A stretch of DNA of 64,000 nt, taken from NCBI GenBank assembly GCA_045110695.1, contig JBGCGH010000048.1, positions 2,110-66,109 of the forward strand. Reading direction: 5' to 3'. The position numbers were made by a program, and so were the translations under genes. The notes beneath the pieces were generated by a model. The model made no database searches and was not told the origin of the DNA. It saw nothing but the letters and a program-made list of their open reading frames with translations. The DNA comes from Bdellovibrionales bacterium (GTDB taxonomy: Bacteria > Bdellovibrionota > Bdellovibrionia > Bdellovibrionales > UBA840). Shown here piece after piece: positions 26,269-35,584 of the stretch (the stretch's first letter is position 1; each line of letters starts with the position of its first letter).

Positions 26269-26847
26269 CTATCTTGAATGACGGAGGCCGAGGTATTGAT
26301 CTTGGCCTGTTTCGTTTAGGGTGCCTAGTAGGTTTTTAGGGATTTTGTTCCATTTTTTTTTGGCTAGGCGGGAAATTGTTAGCTTTATGCAGGGGCGTTG
26401 GAAGCGGTTTTCTTTGATGCATTGGAGGGGGCTGGAATCTACTTCGGCTGGTTTTAGGAGAGAGTCAAAAGAGATTTTTATAAATTCTCCTTTTCTAAGT
26501 TCTTTTGTTGGGGGCTTAGTCCATATAGATGAGCCATTGTTTTCTTGAAATCGATTTACACTAAAAGGCTTTTTGCCCTGTCGTTCTACTTCCTGATTGA
26601 AACCTGTGATGAATAGCTTTAAGAACTCCTTGTCTGGAGAATCTAATAAAACGATTTTTCTGTGAAGAAGTACCGGATACAATTGCCTGTAGCTGTACTT
26701 TCCGTATTCCTGCCAACTTACAAAGCCTGAGAGCTTTAAAAGACCTTTGAATTTTGGTTGAATTCCGTCTTTAAAAAGCAAGAAACTCAAACCACCAAAT
26801 ATTACTAGAAATCCTAGGCACATAGCCCATTTAAACGCTTTCGGCAT
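26269..26847 (-). CDS. Hypothetical membrane-anchored protein
   Basis: Single N-terminal hydrophobic span (WAMCLGFLVIFGGLSFLLF). Otherwise no motif. Confidence 0.45.
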   Translation of the reverse strand: MPKAFKWAMCLGFLVIFGGLSFLLFKDGIQPKFKGLLKLSGFVSWQEYGKYSYRQLYPVLLHRKIVLLDSPDKEFLKLFITGFNQEVERQGKKPFSVNRFQENNGSSIWTKPPTKELRKGEFIKISFDSLLKPAEVDSSPLQCIKENRFQRPCIKLTISRLAKKKWNKIPKNLLGTLNETGQDQYLGLRHSR

Positions 26848-27053
26848 GAGGGCGATTATAGCAAGACTAGGCTTCTGAGGCTAACTTTGAAGACCTATTC
26901 TTAGAAAATGACACCTGGCATATTGCTGATAAATTCAAAGCTTCTATTGTGGGCAATCAACAGAGATTCTTCATGAACTTTGATTGAGGATATTAGCCTG
27001 GGAAACTCCCGGCATTTAGTGTTAATGGGACTTGATCTGAAGGGACAGGTACC

Positions 27054-27752
27054 ATGAAAAATAAAAACTTATTAGTGGTTGGCAATGGCCGGCTAGCTAC
27101 CAGTATACTACCCTACCTTTTATCCGTAGGACATGAAGTCGATCAGCTCGATCGAAAAACTCTTGAGAACCAATTAAAATTTGAAAAACACTATGATCTT
27201 GTAATAGTTTTAGTTTCAGATTCAGCTATATCAGATGTAGTTTCAAGTTTAAGAAAGCTAAACCCCTTTGAAAGTCAGTATCTCCATATGTCTGGAGCTC
27301 TCAATATAGAGGGTGTTTCATGTGTTCATCCTTGTATGAGCTTTGGGATAGAAGCATTGCCGGTTGAAAACTGGGACTCTATTCCATTTGCTGTTTTTGA
27401 TAAATCACTTAATCATTTTTTCCCTACAATGAATAACCCAGAACTACATATACCCGTGGAACACAAAGCGCTCTACCATGCGCTATGTGTTTGCGCTGCG
27501 AACTTACCACAAATTATATGGTCTGAAACTTTCAAAGAAGCAGAAAAAATACCAATGGACCCTAGTCTTTTTCTACCGCTAATTGATGCCAGCTTGAAAA
27601 ATTTATTTCGCTCTGGAGAAAAGGCTCTAACAGGTCCCATTCATAGAAAAGATGAAAACACGATGAAATCCAACTTAAATTCCATTGAATCCACCCTGTT
27701 GAAATCGACCTACCAACATCTTAAAAACACTTATCAGGATAGAACTTTATGA
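27054..27752 (+). CDS. Rossmann-fold NAD(P) oxidoreductase, DUF2520-type (candidate ketopantoate reductase)
   Basis: N-terminal LLVVGNGRLATSILPYL dinucleotide-binding fold and C-terminal HKALYHALCVCAANLPQII resembling DUF2520. The stop overlaps the panB start (ATGA). Confidence 0.5.
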   Translation: MKNKNLLVVGNGRLATSILPYLLSVGHEVDQLDRKTLENQLKFEKHYDLVIVLVSDSAISDVVSSLRKLNPFESQYLHMSGALNIEGVSCVHPCMSFGIEALPVENWDSIPFAVFDKSLNHFFPTMNNPELHIPVEHKALYHALCVCAANLPQIIWSETFKEAEKIPMDPSLFLPLIDASLKNLFRSGEKALTGPIHRKDENTMKSNLNSIESTLLKSTYQHLKNTYQDRTL

Positions 27753-28534
27753 ACAAATTAGATTTTGTTAAAAAGAAGCAATCAGGAGTAAAGATCAGTA
27801 TGATTACATGCTATGATTACTCCTTTGCTAAAATTGTAGATAGCACGGATCTGGACTGTATTCTGATCGGTGATAGCCTGGCCATGGTAATGCATGGCTA
27901 TGACAGCACAGTACATGCTACTATTGAACTTATGAGTCTACACACCGAGGCTGTAAGAAGAGGAACAAATAAGTTTCTTGTTTCTGATATGCCATTTATG
28001 TCCAATAGAAAAGGAGTGGAGTTCGCCTCAACATGTGCAGAAACTTTAATGAGAGCTGGTGCTAATTCCGTAAAAATTGAAGGAGCTGAGGGCAATCTTG
28101 ATATAATACGACACTTAGTTGGGTCTGGAATACCAGTCATGGGACACCTAGGTCTTACGCCACAAAGTGTTAACGAGCTTGGTGGCTTTAGGGTTCAAGC
28201 AAAGACAGACTTAGCAAAAGAAAAGTTATTAAAGGATTCATTAGCTCTTGAGAAAGCGGGTTGCTTCGCTTTAGTACTAGAATGCGTTCCAAGTGACATC
28301 GCCAAAACAGTTTCTGAGAGCCTTAGTATTCCTACCATTGGAATCGGTGCTGGCTCTGACTGCGATGGACAGGTACTTGTTCTCCAAGATATTTTGGGTT
28401 TGAATACCGATTTTAAACCTAAATTTGTAAGAAACTATGAAAGCTATGCAGCAAGTACAAAATTGAGCTTTAACCTCTTTCATAAAGATATTCAAACTGG
28501 CGGCTTTCCTAACTCAGAAGAGAGCTTCCTATGA
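27749..28534 (+). CDS. panB: 3-methyl-2-oxobutanoate hydroxymethyltransferase
   Basis: [34 protein letters not shown] and GHLGLTPQS are typical of PanB. 4-nt overlaps on both sides. Confidence 0.9.
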   Translation: MNKLDFVKKKQSGVKISMITCYDYSFAKIVDSTDLDCILIGDSLAMVMHGYDSTVHATIELMSLHTEAVRRGTNKFLVSDMPFMSNRKGVEFASTCAETLMRAGANSVKIEGAEGNLDIIRHLVGSGIPVMGHLGLTPQSVNELGGFRVQAKTDLAKEKLLKDSLALEKAGCFALVLECVPSDIAKTVSESLSIPTIGIGAGSDCDGQVLVLQDILGLNTDFKPKFVRNYESYAASTKLSFNLFHKDIQTGGFPNSEESFL

Positions 28535-29283
28535 TTATTGCTAAAAACCCAAAAAAGCTAAGCCAAATACTTTTAAATCAGACTACTGAGATTGGTTTTG
28601 TGCCAACTATGGGTGCTCTCCATGAAGGACATATGTCTTTGGTCAGAAAAGCAAAAGAAGAAAACCAATTGGTAGTCGTAAGTATATTTTTGAACCCCAC
28701 GCAGTTTGATCAGAGCTCTGATCTAGATGGGTATCCAAGTAGTATTGAAAAAGACATTGAACTACTCAAAAATGAAGGTGTGGATATCCTTTTTACACCA
28801 ACATTCGATGATATTTATCCAGATAGCTTTACGTTCAAAATGGTAGAAACGAACTTAAGTAATAAATTGTGTGGTTCCCACAGACCCGGACACTTTGATG
28901 GTGTGCTAACAGTAGTTTTAAAACTTTTCAATATTGTAAAACCTAAGCGAGCTTACTTTGGTGAAAAAGATTTTCAGCAATTAGTTTTAATAAAAAACAT
29001 GGTGGAAGCTCTCTTTCTTGATATTGAAATTGTAGCCTGCCCTATTGTTCGGGAATCCTCTGGCCTCGCTATGAGCTCGAGAAATCGCAAGCTAAACCCT
29101 GAGTCTTTTGAAGCAGCATCAAATATACATAGAATAATTAAATCCAAAGAGCCAAGCACAAATATTAAAAGCAAACTTGAGCAACTAGGTTTAGCAGTTG
29201 AGTATTTGGAAGACATTGACTCCCGGAGATTCGTTGCTGCAAAGATCAATAATGTGAGGTTAATCGATAATGTCTCCATCTAA
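28531..29283 (+). CDS. panC: Pantoate--beta-alanine ligase
   Basis: [17 protein letters not shown] (HIGH-like motif), [15 protein letters not shown] and SSRN. Confidence 0.9.
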   Translation: MIIAKNPKKLSQILLNQTTEIGFVPTMGALHEGHMSLVRKAKEENQLVVVSIFLNPTQFDQSSDLDGYPSSIEKDIELLKNEGVDILFTPTFDDIYPDSFTFKMVETNLSNKLCGSHRPGHFDGVLTVVLKLFNIVKPKRAYFGEKDFQQLVLIKNMVEALFLDIEIVACPIVRESSGLAMSSRNRKLNPESFEAASNIHRIIKSKEPSTNIKSKLEQLGLAVEYLEDIDSRRFVAAKINNVRLIDNVSI

Positions 29284-29818
29284 TTCTGATAATATTTTAC
29301 TAATGGTATCTGGATCTATCGCGGCCTATAAAAGCCTAATTCTCCTATCTCAATTGAGACAAGAAGGCCATGAGGTTAAAGTTGCCGTGACTAATTCCGC
29401 TTTGAAGTTTATTGGGCAAGCTAGCTTTGAGGGCCTGAGTTCTAATAAAGTTTACGCTGATGAATATGAATCTGGCCACCTAATGGATCATATTCACTTA
29501 ATGAATTGGGCGGATAAGATTATCCTATACCCGGCTTCGGCCAATAGTATAAATAGTTTTGCAAATGGTATTGTGTCTAATAGCCTGGGAAGTCTGTTTT
29601 TGGCCTTTGACTTTAAAAAGCCCTTTTTCATTGCGCCGGCAATGAATTCTAAAATGTGGAACCACCCGAGCACAAAAAGAAGTGTGAAGGATTTAGAGGC
29701 TTGGGGAATCAAATTCATTCCACCGGAAGATGGTCAACTGGCTTGTGGTGAAATTGGATCTGGAAGATTATGTAGTCCTGAAAGAACAAAAGATATCCTG
29801 CTCGGACTAAAGCGATGA
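29270..29818 (+). CDS. coaC: Phosphopantothenoylcysteine decarboxylase (stand-alone flavoprotein)
   Basis: [29 protein letters not shown] and CGEIGSGRL match the N-terminal half of Dfp/CoaBC. 14-nt overlap with panC. Confidence 0.8.
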   Translation: MSPSNSDNILLMVSGSIAAYKSLILLSQLRQEGHEVKVAVTNSALKFIGQASFEGLSSNKVYADEYESGHLMDHIHLMNWADKIILYPASANSINSFANGIVSNSLGSLFLAFDFKKPFFIAPAMNSKMWNHPSTKRSVKDLEAWGIKFIPPEDGQLACGEIGSGRLCSPERTKDILLGLKR

Positions 29819-30474
29819 AAGTTCTAATTACAGCCGGTGGCACGGAAGAGAAAATTGATCATGTAAGAAGTATCACTAATTCGAGTACAGGAAATACTGG
29901 ATTAGCCATTGCCGAACACTTTGCTGAAAATGGAGCTTCGGTAGATTTACTTCTCAATAGTGCGGGTATAGCATCACATAGATCTATATCAACCTTTGCC
30001 TTTACATCCTTTGAGGATCTCGAATCGTTAATTCACGAAAGGCTTAATATAACTAGGTATGATTTTATAATTCACTCGGCGGCGGTTTCAGATTTCAAAT
30101 GCTCTGGAATTTCAATGGATAAAGTTAATTTCTATGAAGCAGACAAAATCACCTCCAGCTCCGATGTCTATTTAAAACTCACGCCCAGGAAAAAAATCAT
30201 TAATTCCTTAAAAAGGCTCCAGCCAAACAGCACATTAATTGGGTTTAAATTCACAGCATCAAATTCGGAAGATGAAAACTCCAGGGCTATTGGAAAGCTA
30301 TTTAAAAACTCAAACTGTGACTTCGTTGTTCACAATTCAGCCTTAACAAAAAAAAGTGCTCATGAGCATCCCATTGAAATTTATGATAGAGATTTTAATA
30401 TAGTAGCAAAAACAAATGGTACCAAAAACATTGCGAGTAAAATATTCGATTTAACCAAGGTAGCTAAACTATGA
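29815..30474 (+). CDS. coaB: Phosphopantothenate--cysteine ligase (stand-alone)
   Basis: [28 protein letters not shown] and AAVSDF match the C-terminal half of Dfp/CoaBC. 4-nt overlaps on both sides. Confidence 0.75.
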   Translation: MKVLITAGGTEEKIDHVRSITNSSTGNTGLAIAEHFAENGASVDLLLNSAGIASHRSISTFAFTSFEDLESLIHERLNITRYDFIIHSAAVSDFKCSGISMDKVNFYEADKITSSSDVYLKLTPRKKIINSLKRLQPNSTLIGFKFTASNSEDENSRAIGKLFKNSNCDFVVHNSALTKKSAHEHPIEIYDRDFNIVAKTNGTKNIASKIFDLTKVAKL

Positions 30475-31241
30475 TCCTATGTCTTGATGTTGGCAATACA
30501 CAGATTTTTGGTGGTGTCTTTAATGATAAAGAGCTGATTTTTAAATTCAGATATACCTCTGAGAAAACTTCTAGCTCTGATCAAATTGGAATTTTCTTAA
30601 AGAACGTTTTATCAGAAAATAAAATAGACCCTAATGATATTGCTAAAATAGCAATTTGTAGTGTGGTACCTCAAAGTGTTTATAGTATTCGTAGTGCCTG
30701 TATTAAGTACTTTGGTATTCAAGCATTTATATTGGAGGCTGGAGTAAAAACTGGCTTAAAGATTAAATATAAAAACCCGAGCGAAGTTGGCGCCGATCGA
30801 ATATCAAACGCGGTAGCTGCGAAAACTGCTTATCCAGATACAAATTTAATCATAGCCGATTTTGGTACAGCTACGACTTTCTGTGCAATATCTAAAAATG
30901 CCGAGTATCTAGGTGGAGTCATCCTCCCAGGACTAAGATTATCCATGGAAGCCCTTGAATCAAAAACTGCAAAGCTTCCCAGTGTAGAGATAATTAGAAC
31001 CCAAGATTTAGTGGGTAGAACCACAGTAGAGAGTATTCAAAGTGGTCTTTATTACGGCCATCTATTTTCAGTAATGGGAATCATTCAAAAGATAAAAGAA
31101 GAAAAGTTTAAAAATGAGAATTGTCTAGTTATTGGTACTGGAGGATTCTCTGTGTTGTATGAAAATACCGGAGTTTTTGACCAGATTGATTCAGACCTAG
31201 TCTTACGTGGACTACAAGAATCTCATCAATTAAATGTTTAG
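30471..31241 (+). CDS. coaX: Type III pantothenate kinase
   Basis: LCLDVGNTQIFGGVF, GADRISN, ADFGTATTF and IGTGG are typical of CoaX. Confidence 0.9.
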   Translation: MILCLDVGNTQIFGGVFNDKELIFKFRYTSEKTSSSDQIGIFLKNVLSENKIDPNDIAKIAICSVVPQSVYSIRSACIKYFGIQAFILEAGVKTGLKIKYKNPSEVGADRISNAVAAKTAYPDTNLIIADFGTATTFCAISKNAEYLGGVILPGLRLSMEALESKTAKLPSVEIIRTQDLVGRTTVESIQSGLYYGHLFSVMGIIQKIKEEKFKNENCLVIGTGGFSVLYENTGVFDQIDSDLVLRGLQESHQLNV

Positions 31242-31249
31242 GAGAAAGA

Positions 31250-31621
31250 ATGCAAATTCAAATGTTAAAATCTAAAATACATAGAGCGACCGTCACAGAT
31301 GCAGATTTAAACTACGAGGGCTCAGTTTCTATAGACCCTAGATTCTGCGAAGCCGCAAAGCTACATAAGTTTGAAAAAGTGGAAATTTATAATTGTAACA
31401 ATGGTGCTAGGTTTGCAACCTATGTTATCCATGGCAATGAAAATGAGATCTGTCTAAATGGTGCAGCAGCAAGACATGTTCACAAAGGAGATAAAGTTAT
31501 AATTTGTTCCTATGCCAGATTGGATGAGTCAGAGGCCATAAAACATAGCGCCAGGCTAGTACTAATGGGTGACGATAATATTATAAATGAAGTAACTGAC
31601 GCAGCAGTTTCTGGTGACTAA
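31250..31621 (+). CDS. panD: Aspartate 1-decarboxylase
   Basis: MLKSKIHRATVTDADLNYEGSVSID contains the Gly-Ser self-processing site. Length 123 aa. Confidence 0.92.
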   Translation: MQIQMLKSKIHRATVTDADLNYEGSVSIDPRFCEAAKLHKFEKVEIYNCNNGARFATYVIHGNENEICLNGAAARHVHKGDKVIICSYARLDESEAIKHSARLVLMGDDNIINEVTDAAVSGD

Positions 31622-31626
31622 AGCAT

Positions 31627-33243
31627 CTAGTCCTTAGTCAGCCACCTGTTCAAAGTGAAAGCGAAATTATCTTGGTGAACACTCATCCGTCGATAACAGC
31701 CATTCAATTCAAATAAAATTTCGTTGAGTTCGGCAGAGATCTTCGCCGTTCTCACACTTTGCTTTTGAAGAACCCTAAGAGAATCATTCTCTTGTTTTAT
31801 ATTTAAACTGATCTGTTCAATTTTCTCAATCTCCACAGGCTCACCAGTGGTTAGTGACGTGAAAACACTCAAGTAGTAGTCTTGTAAGAGATTTATATTC
31901 AATCGAATCTTCTTTTTTATATCTAGATCCACTAACTCATCCTGCTCATGAACCCTCCTTGAACAAAGAACTAAGTCATCAATTGCATCAGCAATACTTT
32001 CAAGCTCATCAGAAAATTTGAACAGCATTTGTAGCTCATTGGCTTCTTTCTTCGACAAGTTTCTTTCCATAAGTAAATGAGCTATATCAGAAATTTCTTT
32101 ATCCATATTATCTGTAATTTTCTCATATTTATTTACGCGTTTCTCTTGGGCACGATCATCATTTTTTCCCACCAGATGAGACCGAACCATATCTAGTTGG
32201 ACCTCAACAATAGCGGACATTTTCTTTAACTCTTGCTCGATGAGATCCAGCGCTAGACTTGTCGACACATCTGACAACCTTCCAACTAACAGAAGTTTTT
32301 TTGCCTCTTTATAACGAGCCTCCGGTACCATGAGATCAGTTAGCCATCTAAACAATCGGATTCCCACAAGGTAGATTAATATAGAAATCAAAGAATACAG
32401 AGTATACTGAATGGAAAAACTTAAATAGATATTATCAAATGTAAACAGGGCTGGCTGGTCTATTACGAAAACTAAAAACCCAAACATCACAGTAACTTCC
32501 ACGAGCAAATAGCCAAAAGCAGTTCTTTGCGTACGGGAGCTCATCGCACGAGCGTAGACTAAGCCTGGAATACTCGCACCTAGCTGAATGCCCATAATTG
32601 TAACCAAGAGTACTGCATTACTAATCTCGGCTTTTGCAAAAATAGCGAATAGTACAAAAATGACAAAGAGTTTAGATCCTGAAATAGCTGTAGATAGACC
32701 GACTATAAACATAACAACAAGAAGATCTAAATAATAGCTTTCATGACCCAAGCCAGTACCTAAATATCTACCTACCAACTCCACATTAGCGAAACCAGAT
32801 TGTCCCATCATTTTGAAACCCAAAAAGAGTAGACCGATGTAAAATAGACTTGTAAATAGTTGGTTTAAGACGCTAGATCGACGAAATAGAACCATGAGTA
32901 TTCCCACCGCTAAAAATAGAAAACCAGATTCTACCATTCCAGGAATCGTAAAAAACCACGCCGTTGAAGCCAATCCCAACTGCGCACCGAGAAGGGTTAA
33001 AATACTCTGTTCAATTCCTAGAAGTCCCACATTTACATAACTCAGAACAATGTTCGTTATTCCTGAGGTACTTTGATTAAAAATGGCAACACCAAAGCCT
33101 ACAAAAACAGAAGAAAGATATTTAGTGGTTCTCATATTAAACAAACGACGTATTAGGCTTGAGTTTAGGCTTTGGAAGCTTTGAGAAAAGCCCTTTGCTG
33201 CAAAGAAAATAACACCAATACTCACTAAAAAATTTAACAACAT
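31627..33243 (-). CDS. Na+/phosphate cotransporter family protein with PhoU-like C-terminal domain
   Basis: NptA-type repeat (FGVAIFNQSTSGITNIVLSYVNVGLL...LLGAQLGLASTAW), multiple TM spans, then an approximately 200-aa helical, acidic, PhoU-like tail. Confidence 0.6.
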   Translation of the reverse strand: MLLNFLVSIGVIFFAAKGFSQSFQSLNSSLIRRLFNMRTTKYLSSVFVGFGVAIFNQSTSGITNIVLSYVNVGLLGIEQSILTLLGAQLGLASTAWFFTIPGMVESGFLFLAVGILMVLFRRSSVLNQLFTSLFYIGLLFLGFKMMGQSGFANVELVGRYLGTGLGHESYYLDLLVVMFIVGLSTAISGSKLFVIFVLFAIFAKAEISNAVLLVTIMGIQLGASIPGLVYARAMSSRTQRTAFGYLLVEVTVMFGFLVFVIDQPALFTFDNIYLSFSIQYTLYSLISILIYLVGIRLFRWLTDLMVPEARYKEAKKLLLVGRLSDVSTSLALDLIEQELKKMSAIVEVQLDMVRSHLVGKNDDRAQEKRVNKYEKITDNMDKEISDIAHLLMERNLSKKEANELQMLFKFSDELESIADAIDDLVLCSRRVHEQDELVDLDIKKKIRLNINLLQDYYLSVFTSLTTGEPVEIEKIEQISLNIKQENDSLRVLQKQSVRTAKISAELNEILFELNGCYRRMSVHQDNFAFTLNRWLTKD

Positions 33244-33268
33244 AAACAGTCCTTCTTGTAACTCTTAA

Positions 33269-33994
33269 CTAAGAGTAGACCTCAAATCGAAGCGAGTCAT
33301 TCCCGTAAAGCTTCGGTTTTAATTTGGGCAATAGTATCTCACTGGTTTTGGGGCGCTTTACTACTATTTTTTTTGGTTTCAAACCATAAGCCATATCAAT
33401 CATCAAAGCAGCCTCATCATTGGTACCACAGAGCCTATGAAACACCTGCATTTCTTTTTTAACTTTGGCTTTTTTCGTTCTATCTGGAAACATAGGATCC
33501 AAATATATTAGTTCTAGATTATCCAAGCCAAGCCTATTGAATTCAGAAAAACAGCCAAAATGAATTTTCAATTTCTGCTTAGCAGCAACTATAGATTTAT
33601 GTTCGAAGAGTTCTCCTAAAGCGTTGGATATCAATGTATAGACATATGGGTTCTTCTCGAAGGCACAAACATTGTATCCCAATCGCTGTAAGAGTAAAGA
33701 TTCTCTACCCAATCCTGCGGTGCCATCTAGAACTAATCCGTCAACCTTTCCTACAGCCTTATAGATAAGCTCCTTAGAACGATTTGCCCTTCGAACTCGC
33801 TCGGCGATTGGACCTGATACATAGTTCACCCTTAAATCCAAATCGTCTAAAGCAACTCTTAAGCCTCGTTGATCATAATCTAGCCAAACCGTCTGCTTGC
33901 CAGTTTCCTCAATCGCTTTAAGTTCAAGTTCCGACCTACCTCTGGCTTCTAAATATGATTTAGCTTCAGGGCTACAAAGAACTACAGAGCCCAT
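33269..33994 (-). CDS. rsmJ: 16S rRNA (guanine1516-N2)-methyltransferase
   Basis: LDGTAGLGRESLLLQRLGYNVCAFEKNP and IYLDPMFP match RsmJ/YhiQ signatures. Confidence 0.7.
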   Translation of the reverse strand: MGSVVLCSPEAKSYLEARGRSELELKAIEETGKQTVWLDYDQRGLRVALDDLDLRVNYVSGPIAERVRRANRSKELIYKAVGKVDGLVLDGTAGLGRESLLLQRLGYNVCAFEKNPYVYTLISNALGELFEHKSIVAAKQKLKIHFGCFSEFNRLGLDNLELIYLDPMFPDRTKKAKVKKEMQVFHRLCGTNDEAALMIDMAYGLKPKKIVVKRPKTSEILLPKLKPKLYGNDSLRFEVYS

Positions 33995-34073
33995 GCGTCC
34001 AACAAAGGCTGTAGATAGTAATAATAGTATTTCAATGCTTTACATAATGGCATAATTCTTATATTTACATCAC

Positions 34074-34508
34074 ATGTCTATTGAAGAAAAGCAAAATCAA
34101 ATCATTAGTGAATTCAACAAGTTAGGATCATGGGAAGACCGCTACAAGAAGTTAATTCAGCTTGGTAAAGACTTACCCGAGTTTCCAGATCAGTATCATA
34201 AAGAAGATTATTTAGTTAAAGGCTGCCAGAGCCAAGTTTGGCTCTATGCTTTCAACGAAAATGGAAAAATGCATATCATTGGCGACAGTGACGCCATGAT
34301 TGTAAAAGGTCTTTTGGCGATTGTACTCAAGGTCTATAACGACCAGGCCTATGAAGAGATAATGAAAGCAGAACCCAGGTTTGTGACAGAGTTAGGCTTA
34401 AATGTTCATTTATCTCAAAGTAGATCTAATGGTTTGGCGTCTATGATCAAACAAATCAAGTTATATGCAATGGCCTTTTACAGCATGGCCCAACAAGAAA
34501 AAAATTAA
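34074..34508 (+). CDS. sufE: SufE/CsdE-family cysteine desulfuration (sulfur acceptor) protein
   Basis: Active-site context VKGCQSQVWL, length 144 aa, and DSDAMIVKGL. Confidence 0.8.
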   Translation: MSIEEKQNQIISEFNKLGSWEDRYKKLIQLGKDLPEFPDQYHKEDYLVKGCQSQVWLYAFNENGKMHIIGDSDAMIVKGLLAIVLKVYNDQAYEEIMKAEPRFVTELGLNVHLSQSRSNGLASMIKQIKLYAMAFYSMAQQEKN

Positions 34509-34522
34509 TTGAGGAAAAAATA

Positions 34523-35083
34523 ATGAAACATATAATAGTAGGTACCAACCGTCCAAATTCTCGCTCTGCAGACATTGCTCAGCTTGTTCAAGATATATAT
34601 TCTGAACTTGGAGAAAAAACCGAGATTGTAGCATTGGCAGATTATCCCCTAAACCTTTTAGATGGAAACCAATACGGTGAAGATAAACCCGAGATTATTA
34701 AAGACTTAAATCAGAAAATGGATAATTCCGATGGCCTAATAGTGATAAGTCCCGAGTACAATGGCTCAATGCCTGGAATTCTGAAACTTTTTATAGACCA
34801 CCTTAGCTTTCCAAAAGCCTTCGAGAAAAGACCTGTTTGCTTTGTCGGCCTTGGAGGTATGTTCGGTGGTCTACGACCTGTAGAGCATCTGCAACAGGTT
34901 TTCGGATATCGTAACGCCTACATTTACCCGTTTCGAGTTTTCTTTTTAAATGTTTGGAACATTATAAAAGAGGGTAAAATTCAGGATGAAAGTACTGAAA
35001 GGCATTTGCGTGAACAAGCCATTGGTTTTCAAAAATTTGTAAAAGGCTTACAAGACCAAGGGATTCATGCCAATAGCAATTAA
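34523..35083 (+). CDS. NADPH-dependent FMN reductase family oxidoreductase
   Basis: IIVGTNRPNSRS and LIVISPEYNGSMPGILKLFIDHL are typical of the FMN_red family. Confidence 0.75.
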   Translation: MKHIIVGTNRPNSRSADIAQLVQDIYSELGEKTEIVALADYPLNLLDGNQYGEDKPEIIKDLNQKMDNSDGLIVISPEYNGSMPGILKLFIDHLSFPKAFEKRPVCFVGLGGMFGGLRPVEHLQQVFGYRNAYIYPFRVFFLNVWNIIKEGKIQDESTERHLREQAIGFQKFVKGLQDQGIHANSN

Positions 35084-35229
35084 CTTCAAATTAAAATAAA
35101 TTTGAATCTTTCTAGAACTAAAAAATTAGCATTCCCATGCTAAAGGCTTATTTTTCTTAATTTGTTCCAACATGACACGGTTTGGATCCTATAATCTAGG
35201 AACTAACAGAAACATGAGGGAATTTTAAA

Positions 35230-35517
35230 ATGACTGAGAGAAAATCCATCCGATTTATTGCCGAAGACAACACTCTTGCATTACTAGATCTTTCGGAAAA
35301 TTCCCAAAGCTTCAAGCCCTCCATAGTAGCATTAGTTGTCGACGAGGCAATGAAAGGTTCCGGCCTAGTGATGTTAAAGAAAAATGCACCCGTAGGCGGC
35401 CAAAGTCTAGCCGTTCAAGTTGGTGATCTAGCAGTAGTACAAGCTAAAGTCGTTTGGATACGGGAATTGGATGAGCATGTTGTAAGAATTGGTTTACAGA
35501 TTGAAAATGAATTGTAA
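35230..35517 (+). CDS. Small hypothetical protein, possibly PilZ-like
   Basis: N-terminal RKSIR (RxxxR), small beta-rich protein of 95 aa. The second PilZ motif (D/NxSxxG) is not convincingly present. Confidence 0.3.
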   Translation: MTERKSIRFIAEDNTLALLDLSENSQSFKPSIVALVVDEAMKGSGLVMLKKNAPVGGQSLAVQVGDLAVVQAKVVWIRELDEHVVRIGLQIENEL

Positions 35518-35584
35518 AATTTGGCTTTAGTCTGGTCGCGTTAATCTTTATATCCCATTAATTTACCTAAGTTTTGCGCCCTTT

